Shown: in pieces, positions 33,982 to 43,768 of the stretch | Numbering within the stretch: the first letter of the stretch is position 1 | Layout of the letters: every line of letters starts with the position of its first letter | Sequence record: PV654397.1 | Length of the DNA stretch: 64,000 nt | Reading direction: 5' to 3' (one strand) | Translations under genes and position numbers: made by a program | The notes under the pieces: model-generated | Told to the model about the DNA's origin: nothing | Database searches by the model: none | What the model saw: only the letters and a program-made list of their open reading frames with translations

Positions 33982-34719
33982 ATGTTACCTTTTGCAAGAA
34001 TTGTTAAGTACGGGAATAAAATTGAATATAAGCCACATGGTGAACAATTAATCACGACAATAGGAACAACACAATTTACAGTTCCTGCTGGCGTTACCGA
34101 AATATCAGTATGTGTTATTTCGCCGGGTGGTCAACGCGGTGCTGGTGGCGGCTTATCGTGGCGTAATAATATTCCGGTTTCTGGTGGTGAGTACTTAAGT
34201 GTTTCTCTTACACATCCCAACACTACTACAGCAGTTGAAAACGGTTTATATCGTGGAACTGAAAAACTATGTGTTAGCTTCACTGGTGCATATACGGTTG
34301 GTGGACTAGGTGGAAAAGCTGCTAACGCTATTAATGATGGTGGTGGTAATGGTGGCAACACTGGTTTAAGTGGTGGTGCAGTCATTGGTGGTGGTGCTGG
34401 TGGCTACACTGGTAAAGGTGGTAACGGAAATGCAATCACTGGTGAAAATGGTGCTGGCGGTGGCGGTGGTGGTGGTGCATTCTATAATACCTCGTTCATT
34501 GGTACGGGTGGTGGTACTGGTATCATTGTTCAAGGTGCTAATGGTATTGGTGGTAGCTACGATGGTTCATATAATGGTGGTGCTGGTAGTGGTGGTGCTG
34601 GTAAGAGGTATGGTGGTGGTGGTAGTATATGGGATAATTCTTCTTATACGGCGGCTGGTGGTGGTGCTGTGCGAATAATATGGGGACGTGGGAGATATTA
34701 TCCTAACAATTCAGTCTAA
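33982..34719 (+). CDS. MLPF-tag glycine-rich protein (tail-fibre-type Gly-rich domain, not RCC1)
   Basis: MLPFARIVKYGN, then FTVPAGVTEISVCVISPGG...GAGGGLSWRNNIPV...GGGAVRIIWG. Confidence 0.8.
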   Translation: MLPFARIVKYGNKIEYKPHGEQLITTIGTTQFTVPAGVTEISVCVISPGGQRGAGGGLSWRNNIPVSGGEYLSVSLTHPNTTTAVENGLYRGTEKLCVSFTGAYTVGGLGGKAANAINDGGGNGGNTGLSGGAVIGGGAGGYTGKGGNGNAITGENGAGGGGGGGAFYNTSFIGTGGGTGIIVQGANGIGGSYDGSYNGGAGSGGAGKRYGGGGSIWDNSSYTAAGGGAVRIIWGRGRYYPNNSV

Positions 34720-34791
34720 AATATAGGCCAGTACTTGATACTGGCTTTTCTTTTTGTATTAAATATATTATATTGAATAAAGGAGGAAAAT

Positions 34792-35922
34792 ATGTTACCT
34801 TTTGCAAGAATGGTTAAGTACGGAAATAAAAGACCATCTAATAATATCAAAAAGATTTCATGTACAACCAATAACAGTGTTTTGGTGCTCACCGAAAGTG
34901 GAGATTTGTATGGTTTTGGATTCAATTCAGGTGGTGAACTTGGCACTGGTGCAACAACTAGTGTTACTTCAGTTATTCAAATTGACACTGGCGTTGATGA
35001 TGTATGGGGTGGTAGTCTATGTGCAATGTACAGAAAAGGCGATGAATTCTTTGGCAGCGGGGACGGTTCTTATTATGGTTCAAGTGCTGTTAACTCAACC
35101 ACATTTGTAAATGTAACACACATATTCCAAGATATAGATATTCTTAATATTAAGAAAATTAAAATGACAACAGGTTTGTTTATATTAATGCAAAACGGCA
35201 ACTTATATGGATGTGGGGTAAACACCAATTGTCAATTTGGTACTGGTGAGGCAGTGAATTTTCGTTATCCTATAGCTACATTAACACAAACGGATGTTGT
35301 TGATTTTGATATTTTAGGAAACTCTAGTATAATATTAAAGACCGATGGGTACATGTACAGTGCGGGTGATAATGGTCGTGGACAACTTGGTAGTTCTACT
35401 GCAACCACACTTCTGGTATATACACAAATTAGTAAATTTCCAAACGTAACCAATTTGGATCTGTTCGGACACTCACAAGTTACTTCATTATTCAAAGATA
35501 GTGATGGTAAAACGTGGTTGAGTGGTAATAGTTATGGTATTGATTACCCAGTAGTAGCTACAACATTATTCAGTAAAGAAGCACCAGTACCTGAAGGTAC
35601 ATTTCGTTTTATCAACACAAGGGCAGGGTCAAATACACCAATAATATGTACACCCACTGGGTATTATGTTGCTGGTACTAACCCTTATGGTGCATATGGT
35701 ATAGGTACGAATGTAACTCTGACAACATTCACAAGAATGGATTCTATGGATAGATACATATCTGATTATAATAATGTTCCTGTTTTCGATGGATGTTTCT
35801 ATGGGACATATTTTGCAGTTGGGGAACGTCTGTTTGGTGCAGGTAATGGTAATACTGGTAATGTTCCTGGATATACTGGATCACAGCGTAACTATGTGGA
35901 AATTAATTATAAAAATAATTAA
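34792..35922 (+). CDS. MLPF-tag RCC1-like protein 7
   Basis: LYGFGFNSGGELGTG. Confidence 0.85.
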   Translation: MLPFARMVKYGNKRPSNNIKKISCTTNNSVLVLTESGDLYGFGFNSGGELGTGATTSVTSVIQIDTGVDDVWGGSLCAMYRKGDEFFGSGDGSYYGSSAVNSTTFVNVTHIFQDIDILNIKKIKMTTGLFILMQNGNLYGCGVNTNCQFGTGEAVNFRYPIATLTQTDVVDFDILGNSSIILKTDGYMYSAGDNGRGQLGSSTATTLLVYTQISKFPNVTNLDLFGHSQVTSLFKDSDGKTWLSGNSYGIDYPVVATTLFSKEAPVPEGTFRFINTRAGSNTPIICTPTGYYVAGTNPYGAYGIGTNVTLTTFTRMDSMDRYISDYNNVPVFDGCFYGTYFAVGERLFGAGNGNTGNVPGYTGSQRNYVEINYKNN

Positions 35923-36000
35923 ACCTTAATACTATGCCAGTACTTGATACTGGCTTTTCTTATTGTATTAAATATAGTATAATGAATAAAGGAGGAAAAT

Positions 36001-37176
36001 ATGTTACCTTTTGCAAGAATGGTTAAGTACGGAAATAAATTACCACCACCATCGGGTGTTATGAAGATAAGTACATCTTATGCACATATGGGTATGTTAT
36101 TCGATACTGGCAATTTATATCTACGTGGAAATGGTTCACTGTACAGGTTAGGAAATGATAGTACTACGACAGTATCAAATGGGTGGGTCAAGTGTCCATA
36201 TAAAGTTTCTGATGTTTGGTGCTTCTTCGCAGCGACAATTATACTTACGACTGATGGAGAATTTTACTTAGCTGGTCAAATGGGTTATGTCGGTGTCTCT
36301 GCATCACCAGTTCCTGGATGGACTAATATCACATCTTTATTGTCTACAATACCAGCACTTACTACAGTAGTAGATATAGCTGCTACTGAATCTACCGCAT
36401 CAAATGGTGCGTTATTGATTTTGTTAAGTAATGGGGACTTATATGGGATTGGGCGTAATACAGGAGGTGCATTGGGTGTTACTGGTGCAAAAACAACGCC
36501 GATCCAGATTGCTACTGGAGTTAGTATGATTGCTGGAACAACGTCTGGCGATGCTTTCCATTATGTAAAAAATAATCAATACTACAGATGTGGCAATAAC
36601 GCAAGTTACAACTTAGGGTCAAGTTCTTCTAAACTTTCTACATTTACGGTAAGTACTGATATATCGGGAACAGTTATTGGTATTTCATGTACTACATTAA
36701 CGACTTTAGTACTTACATCTAATAATGGTAATATTAGAGTATATACTGCTGGTATAAACACTGATTATACTTTAGGTATTGGTTATGGAGATACAAGTGT
36801 TACAATGAGTCCATTTAGTATGACTCCAGCAATTGTTGGTATCACACCAGATGCTAATTCAATGAATAACCACTGTTTGAATTATTCTTTAATGGCAATG
36901 ACACAGAATGGTAAGCTTTATACATGTGGTAGTGGTGTTGCTCTTGGTTGGCCTATTTCTATTGAATCAGAAAGATCTTATTATCACCAGGTACAATATG
37001 AGGATATGGATATTGCACCAGATGTTAATGCATTTTCAGCACAAGGGGGTTCCGGTTTGTTATACGCATTAGTGGGGACAAATGAGGTGTACTGGTGTGG
37101 AAGTGGTTCTTATTTCCAGGAACAGAGTGCAGGTACACGACAAGTTAAAATGAAGAAAATGATTTTACCAGAATAG
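36001..37176 (+). CDS. MLPF-tag RCC1-like protein 8
   Basis: LYGIGRNTGGALGV. Confidence 0.85.
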   Translation: MLPFARMVKYGNKLPPPSGVMKISTSYAHMGMLFDTGNLYLRGNGSLYRLGNDSTTTVSNGWVKCPYKVSDVWCFFAATIILTTDGEFYLAGQMGYVGVSASPVPGWTNITSLLSTIPALTTVVDIAATESTASNGALLILLSNGDLYGIGRNTGGALGVTGAKTTPIQIATGVSMIAGTTSGDAFHYVKNNQYYRCGNNASYNLGSSSSKLSTFTVSTDISGTVIGISCTTLTTLVLTSNNGNIRVYTAGINTDYTLGIGYGDTSVTMSPFSMTPAIVGITPDANSMNNHCLNYSLMAMTQNGKLYTCGSGVALGWPISIESERSYYHQVQYEDMDIAPDVNAFSAQGGSGLLYALVGTNEVYWCGSGSYFQEQSAGTRQVKMKKMILPE

Positions 37177-37185
37177 GAGGAAAAT

Positions 37186-38304
37186 ATGTTACCTTTTGCA
37201 AGAATGGTTAAGTACGGGAATGTAAGAGAAGTTACGAAAATACGTAAAATGGTCACGGACGGAACTAGTGGAATTTTATTCCTAACAACAAGTGGTAAAT
37301 TATATGCTGCGGGACCAAATACAAATGGTAAGTTTGGTGATGTTACTACATCGGCTGATAAGTGGACTTTGATATATGAAAATGTTGATGACTTTTACTA
37401 TTCACCTACGTGGACATTTTTAAAACTCAAAGACGGTCAGTATATGTGCAGCGGTGAAACTACTGCATTTGGTTATCCAACAAGTAATATATTTGTTAAT
37501 TGTAGTTCGATTTTTAATGCAGTAACTGGTACAATAATTGATGTTCAAGTTAATGCGTTACGTAACTGTATAGGGGTACTGACAAACTTAGGAGAATTGT
37601 GGTTCATTGGTACGAATACGCAATATATATTTGGAATGAGCACACCAAGTAGTAGTACATCTTTTGTTAAAAATACGATAGTCAGTGATGTCAAGTCATT
37701 CAAATTAATGTATGCAAACGTATGGGCATTAACTAATTCTGGTGTTCTTTATGGTTCTGGAAACCCAAACGCTAATCAAATACCTAGTTCCACTGGGTTT
37801 ACCCAAATTGCAACAGGGGTTTTGGGTTATTCAGCAACAGTTGCTGTTGTAGTGCTTAATACAGCTAGTGGTGTATTTGCCAGAGGAAACGTCAACAATA
37901 AATATGGAACATCAGTGTCTGGTTCAACTGCAACTTTAGTTTCTTGTTCGTTACCATTCACATATAATGCAGCTACATTTGCATTTCCTAAAATCGTTTA
38001 TAATAGTAGTTCGGTTGCAGCAAAAATAATAATCCAGAATGGAACCGATTATTATGTGTCAGCAGTTTCCGATAATTATGGGTTTACCAGTACAAATGCA
38101 AGTTTTACACCTGGACCGGTTCCAGCATTTACTAAGATGATCAATGCACCAACTTCAATAGAGCCTATATTCTTTGACAGTACATATTCATCATATTATA
38201 TAGAAAATGACATATGTTATGTTACAGGTAGATTGTTCCCAATACCTAGCTACACTACATCAGATAAAGCATTAATATATACTGAAGAAAAAATAGTAAT
38301 ATAG
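37186..38304 (+). CDS. MLPF-tag RCC1-like protein 9
   Basis: LYAAGPNTNGKFG; directly coupled to the previous gene. Confidence 0.85.
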   Translation: MLPFARMVKYGNVREVTKIRKMVTDGTSGILFLTTSGKLYAAGPNTNGKFGDVTTSADKWTLIYENVDDFYYSPTWTFLKLKDGQYMCSGETTAFGYPTSNIFVNCSSIFNAVTGTIIDVQVNALRNCIGVLTNLGELWFIGTNTQYIFGMSTPSSSTSFVKNTIVSDVKSFKLMYANVWALTNSGVLYGSGNPNANQIPSSTGFTQIATGVLGYSATVAVVVLNTASGVFARGNVNNKYGTSVSGSTATLVSCSLPFTYNAATFAFPKIVYNSSSVAAKIIIQNGTDYYVSAVSDNYGFTSTNASFTPGPVPAFTKMINAPTSIEPIFFDSTYSSYYIENDICYVTGRLFPIPSYTTSDKALIYTEEKIVI

Positions 38305-38316
38305 GAGAGAATAATT

Positions 38317-39465
38317 ATGTTACCTTTTGTTAGAATGTTTGATTATGGAAATGAAGCACCAGCATTACCAAAAATAAAGAAATTGTCAACTGGATACCAA
38401 CATACTATGCTTTTAACGCAGAATGGCGATTTATATGCTAAGGGTAGTAATGCAGCAGGACAGCTAGGTACTGGTAATACAACAGCAGCGAGGGAATGGA
38501 TATTAGTTAATAGTTCAGTTGCTGATGTTTATTGCTCTGCTAACGGTACATTGATTAAAAAGAATGATGAATCATGGTGGAGTTCTGGTTCCGGTGCAGC
38601 AGCAGGTGTCAATTCAGTTGTGAATACATGGACCAATGTGAGTGCACAAATCAATAGTATGCTTACTTCTCTCCCTGGTTCCTTTATTAAACAATTTGTA
38701 TCCTCGTTTTATAGCTCAATGGCTATACGTTCGGATGACACAGTTTGGGTAATTGGGCAAAACAACAATGGTGAAATTACTGGAACTACTGCAAAATATA
38801 ATACATGTGTGAATATAACCTCTAGTTTCCCCAGTACACCAGTAAAAATCTATGGTAGTGAGAACTGTATGGCTTATACTGACAGTACTGGTGCATTTTA
38901 TTATAGTGGTCAAATGGTCGGTGGGAATGCTGGTGGTTCAGCAAATGCAACAACATTTACTAGATATAATGTTGGTTTGAGTACAAATAAAATAATAGAC
39001 TTTAATACTACTGGCTATGGTTCATTCTTTATTATAGAAACTACTGCTGGAGTTAAACAGGTATACGCTGGTGGTTACCAACGATATGGTCAATTGGGTG
39101 ATGGTGGCACTACAACAACAATACTTGCTCCTGCACAAATAACAACACCTAACTCTAATTTAATTAAATTGTTTAAAGGTACGTCAATGTACAATCAGCA
39201 TTTAATAACCAAATCTGGTATATATGCAACTGGTCAAAACTCCCAATCACAATACAATGGTACTTTGGGTATTGGTTCAAACATTGATGCTACTACATAT
39301 ACACTGGCACAAATATCATTATCATCATATGATGATATTGAAATACATACAACATTGGATAGAACATTCTTATGGGCAGGTGATTATGTTTATAGTACAG
39401 GTTTAAATTCTACATATTCATCAATCACTAGCAACTCATATGTGTTGGATATGCCATCAATATAA
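38317..39465 (+). CDS. MLPF-tag RCC1-like protein 10
   Basis: LYAKGSNAAGQLGTG. Confidence 0.85.
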   Translation: MLPFVRMFDYGNEAPALPKIKKLSTGYQHTMLLTQNGDLYAKGSNAAGQLGTGNTTAAREWILVNSSVADVYCSANGTLIKKNDESWWSSGSGAAAGVNSVVNTWTNVSAQINSMLTSLPGSFIKQFVSSFYSSMAIRSDDTVWVIGQNNNGEITGTTAKYNTCVNITSSFPSTPVKIYGSENCMAYTDSTGAFYYSGQMVGGNAGGSANATTFTRYNVGLSTNKIIDFNTTGYGSFFIIETTAGVKQVYAGGYQRYGQLGDGGTTTTILAPAQITTPNSNLIKLFKGTSMYNQHLITKSGIYATGQNSQSQYNGTLGIGSNIDATTYTLAQISLSSYDDIEIHTTLDRTFLWAGDYVYSTGLNSTYSSITSNSYVLDMPSI

Positions 39466-39479
39466 CAAGGAGAAAAAGA

Positions 39480-40640
39480 ATGTTACCTTTTGTTAGAATG
39501 TTTGATTACGGAAACATTGCACCATCCCCTGCTGCCATTAAAAAATTAGTTGCAGGGTATAACTGGGTTATGGTATTGGGTAGTAATGGTAAATTATATA
39601 CCCGTGGTTCCAATTCAAGTGGTCAGTTGGGTTTAGGAGACAATACAACCAGAACATCATGGACAGTAACTGCATCGGATGTCATTGATGTATGGTGTGG
39701 TCAGTATGCTACAATGATTCACAAATCAGATGGTACATATCAATACACAGGGCGACAATACAATGTGTGTATGGGTACATCATCTGTTAATGCATGGACT
39801 TCTATGCAAACTCTTATTAATCAAGTTAATTCCCAAGGAACAATTTCAGAAATATCACTAGGGAATAACTTCATTTCAATACTTATGAGTAATGGGACAA
39901 TTTGGAGTGGTGGTTATAACACAGGAGGGCAGCTTGGCAATGCTTCTTATTCTAACAGTTTTACTACATTAGTAAAATCAATTATACCAAGTGGTGCGGT
40001 TCCGAAAAGGATTATTGCAGGTATAAACATGTGTTCATTTATTGCCGAAAGTGGTAGACTATATTACACAGGTGAAGTTAATGGTGATACTAACAGTACT
40101 TCAACCGTGAGTTTTTATAATGTATTCGCATTATCAGATAGATTACCAGCAACTGTTAGTACTATAGCATTTATAAGTACTGTTAATGGTATGGTTCAAG
40201 GTATTGCTAGAAACAATAGTACGTCTGTTGTTACTGTGTATACTGGTGGTGACCAATCATATGGACAGGCTGCTACTAATACAGCAGCATCAACCAGCAT
40301 ATTGACAACTGTTGTGGCAAATCAACCACAAGGAAATATATTAGATATAGGATATGGGTACGGATATTACTCGAACTTTGTTATTACTGATACTGGCGTA
40401 TACGTTGCTGGTAATAACTCTGCAACTTCATACTATGGACAATTAAGTACAGGTTCAACTACTAACGTATTAACTTACACTAAATCTATTACTCCTGATT
40501 TGAATTTCAAAGATGTTAAAATCCAAAGTTGCTATGGTAAAACATATATGACAGATGGAAACAAAATATATTCAAGTGGTACTAACCTAGTATCTGGTGG
40601 TACTGCTAGTACTGTATTTGTTGAAGATTCACCAATTTAA
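39480..40640 (+). CDS. MLPF-tag RCC1-like protein 11
   Basis: LYTRGSNSSGQLGLG. Confidence 0.85.
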   Translation: MLPFVRMFDYGNIAPSPAAIKKLVAGYNWVMVLGSNGKLYTRGSNSSGQLGLGDNTTRTSWTVTASDVIDVWCGQYATMIHKSDGTYQYTGRQYNVCMGTSSVNAWTSMQTLINQVNSQGTISEISLGNNFISILMSNGTIWSGGYNTGGQLGNASYSNSFTTLVKSIIPSGAVPKRIIAGINMCSFIAESGRLYYTGEVNGDTNSTSTVSFYNVFALSDRLPATVSTIAFISTVNGMVQGIARNNSTSVVTVYTGGDQSYGQAATNTAASTSILTTVVANQPQGNILDIGYGYGYYSNFVITDTGVYVAGNNSATSYYGQLSTGSTTNVLTYTKSITPDLNFKDVKIQSCYGKTYMTDGNKIYSSGTNLVSGGTASTVFVEDSPI

Positions 40641-40710
40641 AATAATGCCAGTACTCTGTACTGGCTTTTCTTTTTGATTAAATATAGTATAAAGAATAAA
40701 GGAGGGAATT

Positions 40711-41856
40711 ATGTTACCTTTTGTTAGAATGTTTGATTACGGAAATGAAGTGCAGCCATTGCCAGGTATTAAAAAGATTGTTGCACGAGGTATATATTGT
40801 ATGGTACTACTTGATAGTGGGGATTTATACATAAGAGGTCAAAACTTAGGTAGTACGTTTGGTAATGGTTCAGCCACTAATACTATATATACTGGTGATT
40901 GGGTTTTAAGTACAACTGGAATAAAAAATATATGGAGTAATTCAGGTACTACGATTTGTACAACATTTGACAACCGAGTTCTTTCAAGTGGATCTATTCG
41001 TGGCTTAACTGGAAGTTCAGCATCATCAACTACCACATTCACTGACAGAACAACTACTTTTATTAATGCTGGTTTAAATCCAGAACAAATCGTTGATGTT
41101 GCTCTAAATGGATATGATATTTTCGCACTAGCGGCATCTGGAGAAGTTTACAGTGGAGGTATTAACTATTCAGGCCAACATGGAAGTACTGGAGCACGAG
41201 CATTCCAATTAAACACAGTATACACGAATGCCAAAAAAATTTCCCTAAGTCCAGAACAAGCGGGTACTTTTTGGTATTTGGATACTTCAAATGATTTTTA
41301 CGGGTGTGGAAATGGAAGTGTTGGTCAGATATTAGGAACTACAACAGTGAGTTCCAAAAAATTAATAAGTTCTGATGTAATTGATTTTACTGCTAATATT
41401 AATTGTTTCTTTATTTCTAAATCTGATGGTTTATATTGTGCAGGTTCACAGTTTAATGGTCAACTTGGGAATGGAGTTAGAAGTAACAATATTGGTGAAG
41501 TTGGTAGAACAACTTTATATAAACTCCCAAATTTCTCGTCAGCACCTAGTTACATTTTTAACGATACATACTTAACTGTTGTCCTTTATGAAAACAAATG
41601 GTATTGTACAGGTTCAACAAGCAAATCTGGAGCCGGAATTAATAATAGTAGCAGTAGTTTTATTGTTAATAATACAATTATACCTGACAATTCAAATCCA
41701 AGATATGCAATTAATAATGACAATAGTTATGTTGTATCTAAATCTGGGTTATTATATGGTACAGGAATATATTCAAGCTCAACAGATCTATTACCAGGTT
41801 ACTCAACATCACAATATGAATATGTGTTATTGAGTACTAAGGGTATGAATAATTAA
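40711..41856 (+). CDS. MLPF-tag RCC1-like protein 12
   Basis: LYCAGSQFNGQLGNG. Confidence 0.85.
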   Translation: MLPFVRMFDYGNEVQPLPGIKKIVARGIYCMVLLDSGDLYIRGQNLGSTFGNGSATNTIYTGDWVLSTTGIKNIWSNSGTTICTTFDNRVLSSGSIRGLTGSSASSTTTFTDRTTTFINAGLNPEQIVDVALNGYDIFALAASGEVYSGGINYSGQHGSTGARAFQLNTVYTNAKKISLSPEQAGTFWYLDTSNDFYGCGNGSVGQILGTTTVSSKKLISSDVIDFTANINCFFISKSDGLYCAGSQFNGQLGNGVRSNNIGEVGRTTLYKLPNFSSAPSYIFNDTYLTVVLYENKWYCTGSTSKSGAGINNSSSSFIVNNTIIPDNSNPRYAINNDNSYVVSKSGLLYGTGIYSSSTDLLPGYSTSQYEYVLLSTKGMNN

Positions 41857-41871
41857 TAAAGGAGAAAAAGA

Positions 41872-43008
41872 ATGTTACCTTTTGCAAGAATGGTTAAGTA
41901 CGGGAATATAAAAGTAAAGAGTACTATCCAAAAAGTTATCCTTGGTGGTGGTGGTCAATGTGTGGTAACATTACTCAGTGATGGTAGAGTGTATGGACGT
42001 GGATACAATACAACATATGGGTTGGGTACTGGTACAACAACATTCGTAAGTGATTGGGTATTAATGGGCGATAATATTGTTGATATCCATTCAAATGGTG
42101 TTACTGGCACATTCCTTATTACCAAAGAAAATAGAATTTTGTATTCTGGTTTTGCGACACCAATCAATGGCACAACATCACATTATACACGTTTCACTGA
42201 TTTAACATCAACTGTATTTGCTGCGGTGGATGTTAGTAATATTAAAACAATTACGGGAAATGGTAATGTTACAATGGTTCTTTTGAATGATGGTTCACTT
42301 TATGGGAGTGGTGCAAATACAGGGGTTATAGGTAATGGTAGTAACGTTGCATTATCAACACAAACATATGTGACTAATGATGTGCGTGATGTGAAAACAT
42401 ATCCATCAATGAACACTATAACAAAAAATAATAATCAAATATTGGCTAGTGGTATTTTATACCAAGGCGTGAACGGTACAAATTCATCAATAAACACGTC
42501 TTCATATACATTACTGTACACATTACCGAGTTCTGATTGTTTTCAATTTGCATTTGATACATATACATTTGGATATGTTGACCCTAGTACTAACACTTCT
42601 TATATAAGAGGTATACCAATAAATGGTTCATTAGGTAATGGCGTTACTAATAATACAGCAGTTACAACATGGGTTACTAAAGTTTGGAATACACCAATTG
42701 ATAGTTCTATACCTAATAAATCATATACAACTAACCATGTCTCCTTGTTCAATGATGGAAACTTATGGACAACTGGTGCATCTAGTGTAGGTTATTCCAA
42801 TGGTACAAATAGCACAACAGCTAATACATGGACCAGTTCATCTAATTTACCATTCAACACTAATAACATAACAGACTATGCTTTTGGTGGTAGTATTACT
42901 GTAGTGGTAATCGACTACAGGACTATGTACATACTAGCTAACAACGCCATTGCTGGTACTGCTACGACAACTTATAAATTTGAGCCATATAATTCTCCAC
43001 CAGTTTAA
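41872..43008 (+). CDS. MLPF-tag RCC1-like protein 13
   Basis: VYGRGYNTTYGLGTG. Confidence 0.85.
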   Translation: MLPFARMVKYGNIKVKSTIQKVILGGGGQCVVTLLSDGRVYGRGYNTTYGLGTGTTTFVSDWVLMGDNIVDIHSNGVTGTFLITKENRILYSGFATPINGTTSHYTRFTDLTSTVFAAVDVSNIKTITGNGNVTMVLLNDGSLYGSGANTGVIGNGSNVALSTQTYVTNDVRDVKTYPSMNTITKNNNQILASGILYQGVNGTNSSINTSSYTLLYTLPSSDCFQFAFDTYTFGYVDPSTNTSYIRGIPINGSLGNGVTNNTAVTTWVTKVWNTPIDSSIPNKSYTTNHVSLFNDGNLWTTGASSVGYSNGTNSTTANTWTSSSNLPFNTNNITDYAFGGSITVVVIDYRTMYILANNAIAGTATTTYKFEPYNSPPV

Positions 43009-43040
43009 TATAATGCCAGTACTATGTACTGGCTTTTCTT

Positions 43041-43691
43041 TTACATATTATATAATGTGAATGCAGTTACTTTACCAGTTGTTGTTAGTTCATTATAAAG
43101 ATACTCCAAGATTCTCGCACACTCTAAGTATATCTCGATATCATCATGAATAAGTGAGTACTGAAATAGCTGTTCTTCAGATAATTTGTATTGACTTCCT
43201 TTTAATGAATTGAGAATATCTTTCACATCATCAAGTACTGGGTAAAGTACGAAATCTTCATCATATTTTGAAGCAATAAATTCAAATCCACCACCATCAG
43301 TACTAGATATACCAATCAGTACTTTATCAATCAAGTTAATGTTTATATAACGGTTGTGATTTGGGTGAATTGAAATCTCAAACATACGAGTACTGTTACA
43401 ATCAACATCAATATACAAATATACATCGTTGAATTTATAAGTTAAGCAACCGTACTCAAGAAAATCAGAGCAAATAATTGATGAGTTTTTTCTCGTCTCT
43501 GCGTAATGCATCTTGATATTCTTTTCACGCATAAGTAATTCGAACTTTGCACTAAACTTGCCACCAGCAAGATAGTTAGTATTAGGACGTTTGTAACTTG
43601 CAACTGGTCGGTGGGATGATGTAAAGTATTTTTTTGTGAATCGTTTATGTTTAGTGAAATATTCTTGATAGAACTTACTTCTTTTATTCAT
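43041..43691 (-). CDS. hypothetical protein (216 aa) with LSEEQLFQYS motif, inserted antisense in the MLPF array
   Basis: GAGGT SD; motif shared with 23907-24566. Confidence 0.75.
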   Translation of the reverse strand: MNKRSKFYQEYFTKHKRFTKKYFTSSHRPVASYKRPNTNYLAGGKFSAKFELLMREKNIKMHYAETRKNSSIICSDFLEYGCLTYKFNDVYLYIDVDCNSTRMFEISIHPNHNRYININLIDKVLIGISSTDGGGFEFIASKYDEDFVLYPVLDDVKDILNSLKGSQYKLSEEQLFQYSLIHDDIEIYLECARILEYLYNELTTTGKVTAFTLYNM

Positions 43692-43768
43692 GAGTACCTC
43701 AATTAAATCGCTGTAAAATTGTACATTATAAAATGATTAAATAAAGTATAACACAAGGAGATTTTATC

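Noticed and set aside
27821-41871. CRISPR array or true integron (attC) in the MLPF region
   Set aside because: The units between repeats are ~1.1-kb genes, the repeats are explained as terminator, promoter and RBS, and there are no cas or intI genes or attC R/L boxes.
27251-42173. Short antisense or alternate-frame ORFs within the MLPF genes (for example 31423-32025, 34370-34678)
   Set aside because: By-products of biased codon usage and of the repeated cassette read backwards.
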